Shown here one piece after another: positions 20,904 to 31,221 of a stretch of 64,000 bases of DNA. Numbering within the stretch: the first letter of the stretch is position 1; every line of letters starts with the position of its first letter. A program made the position numbers and the translations under genes. The notes beneath the pieces were generated by a model. It saw only the letters and a list, made by a program, of their open reading frames with translations, made no database searches and had not been told where the DNA came from. The stretch comes from a virus: the IMG/VR virus record IMGVR_UViG_3300045988_062804; one strand, 5' to 3'.

Positions 20904-23900
20904 TGTAATGTCTTTTCAATTACTATATTGTTGCTTGGATTGGTAGAACCATTACCTCCCACCTTTTTAAGGTCAGTATAAGCTATAGGTACATTATACT
21001 TGTAAGCCCAAACCTTAGTATTATCCTTTAGTTGAAGCTTGTATGATTTACCAAGTATTCTCTCCCTCGAAGCTGTTGTCATAGAAGGAGTCTCAACCTC
21101 ATCACCACTACCTATATTCCATATAATGTAATTAGGATATTGCTGTGCTGAGTTAACCTTTACTGTAGCAGTATTAGTTGTATTGTTCTCAATCTGACTA
21201 GATACTGGGTAGTATTCTAACAACCAAGGAATATTCTTTGCAGGTAATTCCTTATTAGAAGTTAACTTATATCCAGTAGCCTGACACATTACATATCTTA
21301 CATAATTCAAGCTTGCATCAGTGGAGATTTGAACACATTGTCTTTCTCTATCTGGTAAGCTAGTATACCATGAAGGAGTTAAGGAAGTATCGTAAACGAT
21401 AGGTTCCATTGTCCTACTTGGGTTCTCTCTTATATATCTTGAATTGGCATATGTATGTTTGTGACCACATAGGCATAGTTTAAAATCATTATCTTGCATC
21501 CATTGGCTGAACCAATAACTACCTACTGTATTTAAGTGACTACCACCCCTCTTGATGTTTAGGTCTTTATCATAAGTTCCACTCTCATTTTTCTTTAGAT
21601 AACTCATAATTAAGTCAGCCGTAATGATAGTAAATGGAGCTTCGTGACAGAACGCAACCTTCCACTTAATTTTAGCATCAGCTGCGTGTTGTGCCAAATC
21701 AGCAGTTGCCCAGTCTTTTAAGTCATTATATACATTCACACCAGTTATATCTCCGAACACGTCTGTCCTCGCTAATTCAGTGATTTCAGAGTTCATAGAC
21801 AAGAAATAGGTGTTACCATATACGAAACTATAGCAGCAGGGTATGTACACTCCAGCAGACGAAATGGGTACTGTATAAGGGTGTTCAAATGTAAAGAAAA
21901 ATTCTACATTGGCTGGGTTAGTTTTACTTTTATCTTCCCCATCCCCTAACGTGTACACATCTACAGGTGTTAAATCATTGTTGCCTACTGAGTACATCTG
22001 TTCTGTATCTCTATAGATAACATCTCCTCCCTTGTAATAGTCAATCCATTCATTAAATCTATTACCATTCTGAGTTTGGTCTCCAGTATTTAAACACCAT
22101 TCATATGGATTCTCAGCTTTGTCAGAGTTGATATACTCTGCACTAACTCTCCACATTTCATACTCTTCTGCATTGAAACCTTGTTGGTCACTTACTTGTA
22201 GGAAGTTAAATCCTCTTTCAATAACCTTGTCCCTATTTCTAAGAGTAAATGACCTTTCCTCAGTCCACGCTCCGTCTCTTCCTACCTTGTAATAATACTT
22301 CTGAGTATCAGTAGGTTCGTCGAAGTCTTTAATGAACTTATGAACTGTAAATGGTGTACCATCTGTAGTTATACTTCTAATCCTATTGTATATTTTATTA
22401 GCCCAATTCTTGTGGTTGGTAGGTCTGTTAGGATTCTGGCTAACGTCTTCTGTATTGAAGTCTTCTTTCTTGAAAGACTCAAACTTATTCTCTGGAGTAT
22501 ATTCTTCCCCATCTTTCCTTATCCAGATATATTCATCATAATATCCAACTGATACCCAGTTAAAGCATCTAGTCTTATGTGCGTCATGTCCTAATGTACA
22601 AGTAACAATGTTAGGAGCACCCTCAACTAATAGATGTTTATTGAAGAATATATTCTTATTTTGTGATGAGTTCTTAGGAGTGTACTCTTGAATATCAATA
22701 GCAGGGTTAATCTTATCCATATTGATGTAAGTCCAGTCCTTAACATTACTCCTAGCACTCAGAGCCTTAGTAGCTTGCTTAACTGGGTCCATATTATAGT
22801 AACGCATTAATAATACATTACTTCCCTTAGTAGCTATAGGAGATGCTTCACATGGCATTGACTTATCATTGTAGTTACCTATTCCGACTAAATCTACATA
22901 CCATTTAATCACTCCATTAGTAGTCCAAGGTGCTGTACTATTCATAACAGTAGTCTTGAAGTAATCTGTTGTTTCCTCACTACTAATGTAGAATGCACAG
23001 TCGTAACTAAATTTGATGCAGTTATCTTTGCTAGACCAAATACTATGAGCTTGAACTCCAGCACCTTCATCCACAGCAATCTCAAGCCTTGTATTATTAA
23101 GAGTGTCATCTTTAGTCCAATACATATCAGGTTCACCAACTCTAATTAGTGTAGTATTGATGTTCTCTACTGAGCATTGAGCACCCTTAATCAAGAATGT
23201 GCCTTGAGATTTAAGAGTACCAATTAGAGGTAATGTAACCCAATCTCCACTATTCCTTTCTGTGTAATGTAAGTATAATCCTTTTAGATTTAAGTCCTTC
23301 TTACCTAGGTTACATAGTTCTACGAAATTGTGAGATACTGGATTATAATCCTTATCCTCAGATGTTCCTCCACAATATACCATATTAACATATATCTTTG
23401 GAGAGTCTTTAGAACCAACTTCCTCTGGAATAATTGGGAAATAAGGAGTAGTATAATAAATTCCAGTACCTTGAGTCTGAGCATTACCAGCTAAAGTATT
23501 CTTATCTAATCTATAATCATGTATATCTAACTTGCCATCCTTAACCTGAATAAGGAATGTATTCTCTTTATTCGTCATGTCAGCGAACTCAATACCAATA
23601 ATCTTGGTTTTAGCTCCACTACCACTTCCAATGACTTCGGTTAATATTCCATCCATTGTCTCTGGGTCTGGTCCAGGTCCTGGGTCTTCTCCACCACCTG
23701 TGCTACCTATTTTAATTAATTTATATGTCTTAGGGTCTTTAATCCATAATGTCTGAGTATCATAACACCATAACAATTCTTTCGGTAGGAAATCACCCTT
23801 ATTAGCCTGCATTTCTGCATACGTACCACTTTTAATACATATATGCTTGGCATTAGGTAAATACTCTTCATACTCAGTAGGTTCAGGTGAATCAGCAAGA

Positions 23901-24598
23901 ACTATATCCTTATTAGCCTCTTGAGTGGCATTATCCTCTTCCTCTGAAGTACCGTAATTAGGCTCCTCATTAGGCATACCATCGTAAGCATATCTCTGAT
24001 TGTTGGTAAAATCACCCGAATCTATCTGGCAGTTAAATGCAAACTCTAGCTTCCGTACCTTGTCTTGCAGTACTGATATAACTTTCAATAGGTCTTGAAT
24101 TACAGTACTACTTGTCATATGTTCTTTATTCTCAGAAGTATCTATCCAAATACCTCCTTTATCTTCAGGTGGTGCATCCTGTATGTAGATTTTGGAGAAG
24201 GATTCCCAAACGAATCCATTAAAGTAACGTATTTCATTAATATCATTAACGAATACTATTTGTCCTTTAATTCTAAGGTCGTCTCTATCAAGTAGTTCCT
24301 CTAAGGTCTCAACTACTACAATAGACATTCCTCCACCTCCTCCACCTCCTCCACCTCCTTGTACTTTCCATACATTCCACACCCCACTATAGAATTGATA
24401 CATATGGTTGTCGTCAGGTGAATTTTTAACGTAACACAGCATACCTTCCTTTAGCTTATTAGTACTAAGGAAGGCTTCCATATCACTCATATTGGTAACT
24501 TGGATGTAACCACCACGTAAGTCATTAACATCTGCTAACGGAAAGTTAGCATTGTTCTTGGGTTTTAATTGACCAATTACCTCAATATATTCATTCAT
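20900..24598 (-). CDS. large (about 1232 aa) protein with poly-Gly linker, lamin-tail-domain-like and calcineurin-like metallophosphoesterase motifs
   Basis: The track ORF starts at 24631, but that extension crosses the upstream terminator hairpin, so the ATG at 24598 (MNEYIEV) is preferred. It has a G10 linker and an LTD-like stretch (NFVELCNLGKKDLNLKGLYLHY). Phosphoesterase-like motifs are VSDQQG, GDQTQNG, VGNNDL and CGHKHTY. Confidence 0.55.
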   Translation of the reverse strand: MNEYIEVIGQLKPKNNANFPLADVNDLRGGYIQVTNMSDMEAFLSTNKLKEGMLCYVKNSPDDNHMYQFYSGVWNVWKVQGGGGGGGGGGMSIVVVETLEELLDRDDLRIKGQIVFVNDINEIRYFNGFVWESFSKIYIQDAPPEDKGGIWIDTSENKEHMTSSTVIQDLLKVISVLQDKVRKLEFAFNCQIDSGDFTNNQRYAYDGMPNEEPNYGTSEEEDNATQEANKDIVLADSPEPTEYEEYLPNAKHICIKSGTYAEMQANKGDFLPKELLWCYDTQTLWIKDPKTYKLIKIGSTGGGEDPGPGPDPETMDGILTEVIGSGSGAKTKIIGIEFADMTNKENTFLIQVKDGKLDIHDYRLDKNTLAGNAQTQGTGIYYTTPYFPIIPEEVGSKDSPKIYVNMVYCGGTSEDKDYNPVSHNFVELCNLGKKDLNLKGLYLHYTERNSGDWVTLPLIGTLKSQGTFLIKGAQCSVENINTTLIRVGEPDMYWTKDDTLNNTRLEIAVDEGAGVQAHSIWSSKDNCIKFSYDCAFYISSEETTDYFKTTVMNSTAPWTTNGVIKWYVDLVGIGNYNDKSMPCEASPIATKGSNVLLMRYYNMDPVKQATKALSARSNVKDWTYINMDKINPAIDIQEYTPKNSSQNKNIFFNKHLLVEGAPNIVTCTLGHDAHKTRCFNWVSVGYYDEYIWIRKDGEEYTPENKFESFKKEDFNTEDVSQNPNRPTNHKNWANKIYNRIRSITTDGTPFTVHKFIKDFDEPTDTQKYYYKVGRDGAWTEERSFTLRNRDKVIERGFNFLQVSDQQGFNAEEYEMWRVSAEYINSDKAENPYEWCLNTGDQTQNGNRFNEWIDYYKGGDVIYRDTEQMYSVGNNDLTPVDVYTLGDGEDKSKTNPANVEFFFTFEHPYTVPISSAGVYIPCCYSFVYGNTYFLSMNSEITELARTDVFGDITGVNVYNDLKDWATADLAQHAADAKIKWKVAFCHEAPFTIITADLIMSYLKKNESGTYDKDLNIKRGGSHLNTVGSYWFSQWMQDNDFKLCLCGHKHTYANSRYIRENPSRTMEPIVYDTSLTPSWYTSLPDRERQCVQISTDASLNYVRYVMCQATGYKLTSNKELPAKNIPWLLEYYPVSSQIENNTTNTATVKVNSAQQYPNYIIWNIGSGDEVETPSMTTASRERILGKSYKLQLKDNTKVWAYKYNVPIAYTDLKKVGGNGSTNPSNNIVIEKTLQ

Positions 24599-24602
24599 GT
24601 GT

Positions 24603-24638
24603 ATAAAAAAATAAAGGGCTGTGAATAACACAGCCCTT
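24603..24638 (-). terminator. rho-independent terminator after gene 24647..25099
   Basis: Perfect 10-bp stem AAGGGCTGTG / CACAGCCCTT with a 5-nt loop, followed by a T-run on the minus strand. Confidence 0.7.
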
Positions 24639-24646
24639 ATTTGTAC

Positions 24647-25099
24647 TTATTCTACAAACAAGCTGTAGATTATTTCAAGAAAATCAGCAGCCTTTAGTTT
24701 AGTGCCATTAATTTCTACATCATTACCTGAATTTACGTCCACAAGCTCAAAATACTCTTCCTCGGTGAATTTACCATCCCAATCTAACTCTTCATTACTC
24801 TTTTCAGTAAGATAGGTGTCATAGCCATCCTTGATGTCAGCATTCCACTGGTTTAGTTGCGCTGCTTCTTCCTCGTTCTTTCCCTCTTTGGCAGCAAGAG
24901 CATCATAACCCTTTGGTTTAAGATTCTCCACGATAGACTTTAAATCTCTCTCAAAAGCTGACTTAATTTTTGATAACTCAAGTCTCATCGACATAACCTT
25001 TACCTTTAAAGTTTTAGGTAGCTCAGCGTCGTCAGACTTTAATAGAATCTTACTAATAAAATTGTGTTTTACGAATGCATCATTTAACGTCATATTCAT
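24647..25099 (-). CDS. hypothetical protein
   Basis: 150-aa ORF followed by a terminator. Confidence 0.55.
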   Translation of the reverse strand: MNMTLNDAFVKHNFISKILLKSDDAELPKTLKVKVMSMRLELSKIKSAFERDLKSIVENLKPKGYDALAAKEGKNEEEAAQLNQWNADIKDGYDTYLTEKSNEELDWDGKFTEEEYFELVDVNSGNDVEINGTKLKAADFLEIIYSLFVE

Positions 25100-25371
25100 T
25101 ATACATTTTTAAGTTCTACCACAGTAGCATCTAATAGTGCCACTGCCTTACCATCTATACCATTAGGGATACTACTCACACTTTGTGAGAAGTCTCCTTC
25201 CATCTCAAAGTAAGAGAAGTTGCCAGCATAATTGTCGTCTAATGTAAAGAACTGACCATTGAAATTGGTTATTCTCTTAGTTGCATCAAATGTAACATCT
25301 CCTACTAGTTTTAGGTCACTAGTTTCGTTGGATACGTTGTAAATTTCTCTCTTGTTACTTAATTGTATCAT
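25099..25371 (-). CDS. hypothetical protein
   Basis: 90-aa ORF. Its stop overlaps the start of the next gene, and it is preceded by a promoter box. Confidence 0.5.
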   Translation of the reverse strand: MIQLSNKREIYNVSNETSDLKLVGDVTFDATKRITNFNGQFFTLDDNYAGNFSYFEMEGDFSQSVSSIPNGIDGKAVALLDATVVELKNV

Positions 25372-25407
25372 AATTTATATTATTTAGTCTGTCATTTAAT
25401 ACTTGTA

Positions 25408-25415
25408 CAAATATA
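25408..25415 (-). promoter_or_regulatory. Bacteroidota-type -7 promoter box (TATATTTG)
   Basis: Minus-strand TATATTTG (TAnnTTTG) lies about 37 nt upstream of the ATG at 25371, in a 111-bp gap. Confidence 0.45.
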
Positions 25416-25482
25416 CAAACAAATACCTGAACTACAAAAGAATTTTAAGTAAATAAAGTTAAATTTGTATAAGTGCCTGATA

Positions 25483-28400
25483 TTATAACTTTCTTAAGAA
25501 TCTCACTGCCCTATACTTGGGTATTAATGTGAAATAAGCGTATGTGCTACTATTATAGTTGTATCCAGTTGAGTTACACTTACTACCTGTTCTAAATATA
25601 CCCTGGTGGGTACTTTCTCCAGAGTCGTGACCTCTATTATGCTTACCATTCAGGCTGGAAATTTTCTTAAATTCTTCATCAGATGAACTCTCAGTATATG
25701 TACCGCCCCAATAGTTATTAGTACCATTAACAAATCTATGATAGTGGTTTGGTAAATAATCGCCATCGACTGTTACATAATCGTCACCACCAATAGTATT
25801 AACCCCAGCACTGTACGTATTCTTAACACTCGTACCCCATCCTGGATGTCTTGCAGTACCTGCACCCATGGGAAATCTACCATCAAATAATGATGTAATG
25901 TCTTCCCATCCAGATGGAATATTATCACCCAGCCACATAATGATTGTACCACTAGGTATAGCGTTAGCTACGTCCTCAGTAGTAGCTAGTGCTTTCCAGC
26001 TTTGCCACCCAGAGTTATATCTTCTTGTATAGGTTCTATCATCCCACATGTTTTGTACTATCTGGAAACCATAAGCCTGGTCACCAGGATTAGAACCGAT
26101 AGTGATACCATTACTATATCCAGCACTACTGTTATTAGCCTGACCAATATTCCAAGAATAGAATACCTTAGCACCATATCCTGGATGAGAGCCATCTGGA
26201 CTTGCAGAATGCCCAGATAGCATATTAGCTCTTTCAGTTGAATCAGCTACAGTAGCTCTATCAGCTTTAGATGCTATAGCACATGTTCCTACTCTACTAC
26301 TAGCTTCTTGCTCCCATTCATTATTTAGTCTACTGGTTCTTGGTGCTACATAGTCAGGGTATGTACTATCTCCAATATTAGTATTACTTGAATAGACAGA
26401 GAATGAACGTCCGTCGGTAGTCCTGTACTGATAATTAGCTCCACCTCTCATATATAGTACTAGTGCACTTCTGTTATTTCTTTGTTCAAGACCATAACAA
26501 GGGTCATCATTAGCAAAAGAATATGAATGTCTATATATTCTTAAATACCAAGATATAGTTCCCCAACCTCCACCAATCCAGTCGAAATCAAATTGGAATG
26601 AAAAACCACCACCATGTGCAGACCATGAAGGTACATTAGATGACAGAGCATTACAGAATGTTACTCTTACTGGAGTACTATTACCAGGACTTGCATACAT
26701 TACACAAGGATACCATGTATTAGAATCTAAATGTGTTAATGATAGAGTTTGTTGACTATTAGCATTAACATAGTTAGCTGTTACATTACCGTTATGTACA
26801 CCGTCTAATAAGTCAGCGTTAAGATTTGTCCACAGTCCTGAACCACTTACAAAGTGGTTGGAACCGTTATATCCAAACTGATAACCACTTTTGCCCAACT
26901 TAATCATACCTGCACTATTATTAGTAGTACCCATTATACCTATGGTATTAACCATATTGCAATCTCCAATATAACAATCATCACCTACCAACAATCCACT
27001 ATATGTACCATTCAACCCAGCTGATTGTATAGTTAATCTACCTGTCATAGTATCTCCTGTAACATTGACATACGCAGAATCATGGTTATGTGTGCTTAGT
27101 GATATAGGTATATCATCTACGGCAAACTGACCATCACTTCTCATACCAAATCTCTTAGCATACCTATTACCCCAGTGAAATGTTATTGCAGGAGAATAAC
27201 CCCATGCTAATTGAGTATTAGTAACATTTCCATATTCTCTAATCTGGATAGCACCTCCGTATGAAGCATCTGTACTCCATGAGTTCCAAAGCATTTGAGC
27301 ACTCTTAGAACCACCTACTTGAGAGTTAATTTCATCCTTAAATGCTAATATTCTACTATAGGATGCACCTCCATACACATTACCTGCCACATAGACATTT
27401 TTGTTAAACCAGTGTCCAGAACTAGCATTAGTATTATGATGTGTGTACGCACCATTATCATTACTAATGGATGAGGTAACTCCATTCATAACCCATGACA
27501 ATCTACCTGTCATAGTATCTCCAGCTTTATTAACTTTAGTATTGGGGTCGAAGTTAGCTGAGTTCCATATAGTATATACGCTTCCCCAAGTTCCATTAGC
27601 TCTAGACTTCATGTAAAGGTTTCCACCAGTACCATAGTCATGATATATCTTACACTGATAGTTAGCGCTGTCTGAGTGCATTAATGTTACACCATAAGCA
27701 CCAAGATTGTTATCTCTCCAGAATCCAGCTCTACCTAAATCATCAGAATTACCAGTCCTTTCGTTTACACCACAAGAGCCATATGTAGAATAGATGAACT
27801 GATTCAAAGCCTTATGTCCTCCATCTCCAAGTAATACATAGGCAGCTGAAGAACCACTCTTTATAAAAGCAGGTGCTGTTACTCCGTTAGACTTTATTGA
27901 CATCCATTGAGTTAAAGTAGAACCACTCTTTCCAGAGAATTTAAAGTACTCGTTACCATTATCACCAGTTTCAAATCCAAGATACGAATCAGCATCACTA
28001 TCTCCTGTATTCTTAAAGTGAATTTTAGCATAGTCTGTGTTCCTAGACCATTGTACTACTGAATCAGTGGATATTGTAATACTACCCGTCATCGTTCCAC
28101 CAGCTAAAGGTAAGAACTTACCATCAGCCCATCCTGTAGTAGCTAGCTGCTTCCATGCTTCCCAAGCTGTACCAGTGCCAAATCTAACCCACACATTAGA
28201 ATTATCAGTAAATCCAAGCTGAGCCGCCTTACCACCAGACCAGTCAGAAGTACTACCATACTTTCTAACAGTTAGTAATCCTGTGTAACTACCACCATCA
28301 GTGAGGTTCGCCTTGGCATTAGATTTAAAATCCAACCAAACACCTGCTGAATGTTCTTGTGGAGTTGACGCTGTTTCTCTATTATCAATATGGTTTATAG

Positions 28401-30843
28401 TATTGTGAGAGTGCTCTGTTCTTAGTCCCACTAAGTTTCTAGCATCCCATATATTATAGTCAGTGCCATTATACCTATGTTGTAAGTCAGTTGCACCACT
28501 TCTAATATAAGTAGTACCAGCTTGCATACCAAGATATGTGTAAGTAGTTCCAGAATACATTACAAGACCATTACCTCCAGTACTCTGAATTTCAGTCACT
28601 TTGAGAGCCCCAGTCATTGTATCACCTGCTCTATTCACAGCATTAGCAAATGCTCTAATATTGTCACCACTAAATATGTAAGCTTGCCCTGATTCTCCAT
28701 CCTTAGTGCCCCAAACATGGGTAGGTGTAGCATTACCTATAGTCCAATTCATTGTTAATCCACCCTCTAAAGAGTACCTAACAAAGTTCTTCAGTTGATT
28801 AGGGTCGGTTTGTTTCTGGATATAGGTATCATCTAAGTAAGTGTGGAAGTTGCTTTTATCAATAACAGGTGTCCAACCTGTAATACTTCCTGCTGTATTT
28901 CTTCTGTGCCACAATCCCTCTACACCTGTTATGGCTTGAGCTAATTCAGTATAGTAACCAGACTCATTGTTGTGAAGTATTTTAAGTCTATTCGACCATG
29001 AACCTTCTATTGGTCCATTAGTAGAGTCTTGTAACACACCTGCATATGTACCATAGGATGCTCCAAGCAATCCTACTGGATTAAGGTCTATCCTTAATGC
29101 TGCACCACCAGCTGTTAATGAACCTGCATATAGGTGGGTATGTCCTTCTGTAGATACTTTAATGCCATTACTATACAAACAGTTATCTGTGCCTACATAC
29201 ACATATTGGTTACTATATGTTTGAGGAGAAGTAGTTTGAGATTCTGCACCAATTAGGAATAGTTTTCTATTTATTAAATTGGTAGCGCCCGCTGTATTTA
29301 CTGTATCACTACCTGGGTCAGCAGCTAATGTGATATTGCCCTGAGCATCTACAGTAATAAACATATTATCTCCAGCAATGAAGTTTATAATCTTCTCTTC
29401 ATGACCATCAAACTCTAAAAAGTCTACAAGATTATACCTAAACTTTAATTTATGATTTAACCTATCAGGTTTATCTTCCCATTTAGGAATGCCAGCACTC
29501 CCAATAACCATCATCTGTCCTATACTACCGTTAGCTAAACCTTTTATAAGTTTACCAGTAGTAGAATTAAATATAGCTAGTTGACCTACAATAGAAGCCG
29601 ATGGACCACTTACTACACCAGTGGTATTAGTCTGTACATATGTCCATTTCTTTTTAACGTCTTGCCAGTTAGAAGAGTTAGATGCCTGAGCCGATTCTTT
29701 ACATATTAATAGGTCACCTATTTCTACAGGTTCCCCATTAATGTATCCTACATTATCTATATAGTTTCCAGAACCAAATGTTACCACATAAGTATTACCA
29801 ATGTCAGCAGCAGGGGTGTATGTTCCTGGTGTGGATAAGCCAGCTTCCAAAGCACCTTTATAAAGCATAGCATTGTTAGCCCCCAAGATACTATCAGCAT
29901 ATGCCTTAGCTGTTTCTATAGCATTCCATACCATTAAAGGTGAGGCAGCTATAGCTGTAATTTCAGTATTATTAATATTAGTGTTACTAGTAGAGGGATT
30001 GGGCTTACTGTTTAAAGTATCTTGTAGTTTAACGTGACCATACAATTCTAACGAAGAGCCACCATATTCAGGTTTTAATGATAAGTGAATCTTTGGCGTG
30101 GCAGAGCCCTCTACATCACCCTTCAACTTACCTATGATATAACCATCTATCACTGTTAAGTCAGAGCCTACTACATTAACAGTACCCGTAGAGTTTAAGC
30201 CCCCTGTTAGTATAAGCTTTTTTGTGGCATCATTGTAACTCATACCATTAGCTTTACGTACCTGGGCTGACTCTGAGACATCCATATCAGAATATGCTAG
30301 TAATACATTCCTCTCTCCAATTGAGGTAGATGGAGTAAGTTGTTCTACATAATCCCTAATAGACACATTTCTATTAGCTATATCAGTTACATGTCCCCAT
30401 TCATCTACCGTTACATTTGGTATTGAGAATATACTAGCATTATTTACATTAGTAGATTGTCCGAAAGTCCCAGCATTAGTACCACTCTTTTTATGTATTA
30501 GCTTTCTATCAGCAGTTATCCATTCTAGTGGGACATCTGTATTCACTCTGTTAAGTGCATTACTACTAAGAATGATCCTATTACCATCACCTTTCCTTAC
30601 ACTTATACTTTCACCAGTAGTAGACATCATAAAGAATGAGTTACCAATGGTTACTTTAACAGACCCACTTTCTTCTGATACCTCTATGCTTGGATAACCA
30701 ATGCTGAAATAAGTTCCGCATGTCCACATTTCTCTTGTATCTTCTATAAATACTATAGGATTTAGTCCTGTAGGTATAGTAGGTATAAGAGGTTCAAACA
30801 ACTCCTTCTTCTTTACATATGCAATCTTCTTATCAATCACCAT
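25483..30843 (-). CDS. tail fibre protein (1786 aa) with C-terminal phage-tail-collar-like domain
   Basis: Contains the repeated fibre signature (A/T)GDTMTG(A/R)L (RAGDTMTGALKV, KAGDTMTGRLSW, VTGDTMTGRLTI, plus AGGTMTGSITI). The C-terminus (GTIIMWLGDNIPSGWEDITSLFDGRFPMGAG...LPNHYHRF) resembles a tail collar domain. Confidence 0.7.
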   Translation of the reverse strand: MVIDKKIAYVKKKELFEPLIPTIPTGLNPIVFIEDTREMWTCGTYFSIGYPSIEVSEESGSVKVTIGNSFFMMSTTGESISVRKGDGNRIILSSNALNRVNTDVPLEWITADRKLIHKKSGTNAGTFGQSTNVNNASIFSIPNVTVDEWGHVTDIANRNVSIRDYVEQLTPSTSIGERNVLLAYSDMDVSESAQVRKANGMSYNDATKKLILTGGLNSTGTVNVVGSDLTVIDGYIIGKLKGDVEGSATPKIHLSLKPEYGGSSLELYGHVKLQDTLNSKPNPSTSNTNINNTEITAIAASPLMVWNAIETAKAYADSILGANNAMLYKGALEAGLSTPGTYTPAADIGNTYVVTFGSGNYIDNVGYINGEPVEIGDLLICKESAQASNSSNWQDVKKKWTYVQTNTTGVVSGPSASIVGQLAIFNSTTGKLIKGLANGSIGQMMVIGSAGIPKWEDKPDRLNHKLKFRYNLVDFLEFDGHEEKIINFIAGDNMFITVDAQGNITLAADPGSDTVNTAGATNLINRKLFLIGAESQTTSPQTYSNQYVYVGTDNCLYSNGIKVSTEGHTHLYAGSLTAGGAALRIDLNPVGLLGASYGTYAGVLQDSTNGPIEGSWSNRLKILHNNESGYYTELAQAITGVEGLWHRRNTAGSITGWTPVIDKSNFHTYLDDTYIQKQTDPNQLKNFVRYSLEGGLTMNWTIGNATPTHVWGTKDGESGQAYIFSGDNIRAFANAVNRAGDTMTGALKVTEIQSTGGNGLVMYSGTTYTYLGMQAGTTYIRSGATDLQHRYNGTDYNIWDARNLVGLRTEHSHNTINHIDNRETASTPQEHSAGVWLDFKSNAKANLTDGGSYTGLLTVRKYGSTSDWSGGKAAQLGFTDNSNVWVRFGTGTAWEAWKQLATTGWADGKFLPLAGGTMTGSITISTDSVVQWSRNTDYAKIHFKNTGDSDADSYLGFETGDNGNEYFKFSGKSGSTLTQWMSIKSNGVTAPAFIKSGSSAAYVLLGDGGHKALNQFIYSTYGSCGVNERTGNSDDLGRAGFWRDNNLGAYGVTLMHSDSANYQCKIYHDYGTGGNLYMKSRANGTWGSVYTIWNSANFDPNTKVNKAGDTMTGRLSWVMNGVTSSISNDNGAYTHHNTNASSGHWFNKNVYVAGNVYGGASYSRILAFKDEINSQVGGSKSAQMLWNSWSTDASYGGAIQIREYGNVTNTQLAWGYSPAITFHWGNRYAKRFGMRSDGQFAVDDIPISLSTHNHDSAYVNVTGDTMTGRLTIQSAGLNGTYSGLLVGDDCYIGDCNMVNTIGIMGTTNNSAGMIKLGKSGYQFGYNGSNHFVSGSGLWTNLNADLLDGVHNGNVTANYVNANSQQTLSLTHLDSNTWYPCVMYASPGNSTPVRVTFCNALSSNVPSWSAHGGGFSFQFDFDWIGGGWGTISWYLRIYRHSYSFANDDPCYGLEQRNNRSALVLYMRGGANYQYRTTDGRSFSVYSSNTNIGDSTYPDYVAPRTSRLNNEWEQEASSRVGTCAIASKADRATVADSTERANMLSGHSASPDGSHPGYGAKVFYSWNIGQANNSSAGYSNGITIGSNPGDQAYGFQIVQNMWDDRTYTRRYNSGWQSWKALATTEDVANAIPSGTIIMWLGDNIPSGWEDITSLFDGRFPMGAGTARHPGWGTSVKNTYSAGVNTIGGDDYVTVDGDYLPNHYHRFVNGTNNYWGGTYTESSSDEEFKKISSLNGKHNRGHDSGESTHQGIFRTGSKCNSTGYNYNSSTYAYFTLIPKYRAVRFLRKL

Positions 30844-31220
30844 TATTCAATAATTTGAGTTGTTAATAAATCATCAAATCTTTTAGCTGTTTGAGCTACA
30901 GTGGATTGGGAGTTAACAAAGTTACCTGTCCAACCTATTAATAAATCTGTTCCATCAAGAATAGGATTATTCTTTATAGCTTTTCTGTTGACCGTTTTAT
31001 CACCTAAGTCATTAATCTGTTTCTGCATGTTATCGAGTTTTTCTTGAACCTTATTAACAATCTCTATGATTTCTTTGTTGTCAAGAAAGACTACCCACTG
31101 ACTTCCGTCATAAAGCAACATCTTACTGTTATCCTTAATCCAGATATGGTAAATAGTTGGAGGGATTGTATCACCCCTCCAGAAATTTACCTGCCTATTG
31201 TTTACCATTGCATCTGCCAT
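30843..31220 (-). CDS. hypothetical protein (fibre-associated)
   Basis: 125-aa ORF whose stop overlaps the fibre gene start. Confidence 0.5.
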   Translation of the reverse strand: MADAMVNNRQVNFWRGDTIPPTIYHIWIKDNSKMLLYDGSQWVVFLDNKEIIEIVNKVQEKLDNMQKQINDLGDKTVNRKAIKNNPILDGTDLLIGWTGNFVNSQSTVAQTAKRFDDLLTTQIIE

Positions 31221-31221
31221 G

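Noticed and set aside
20673-24360. Poly-Gly coding tracts as slippage-prone phase-variation repeats
   Set aside because: The DNA uses mixed GGN codons (ccaccgccaccaccgcc...), not a homopolymer or a perfect short tandem repeat. Slipped-strand switching is therefore unlikely.
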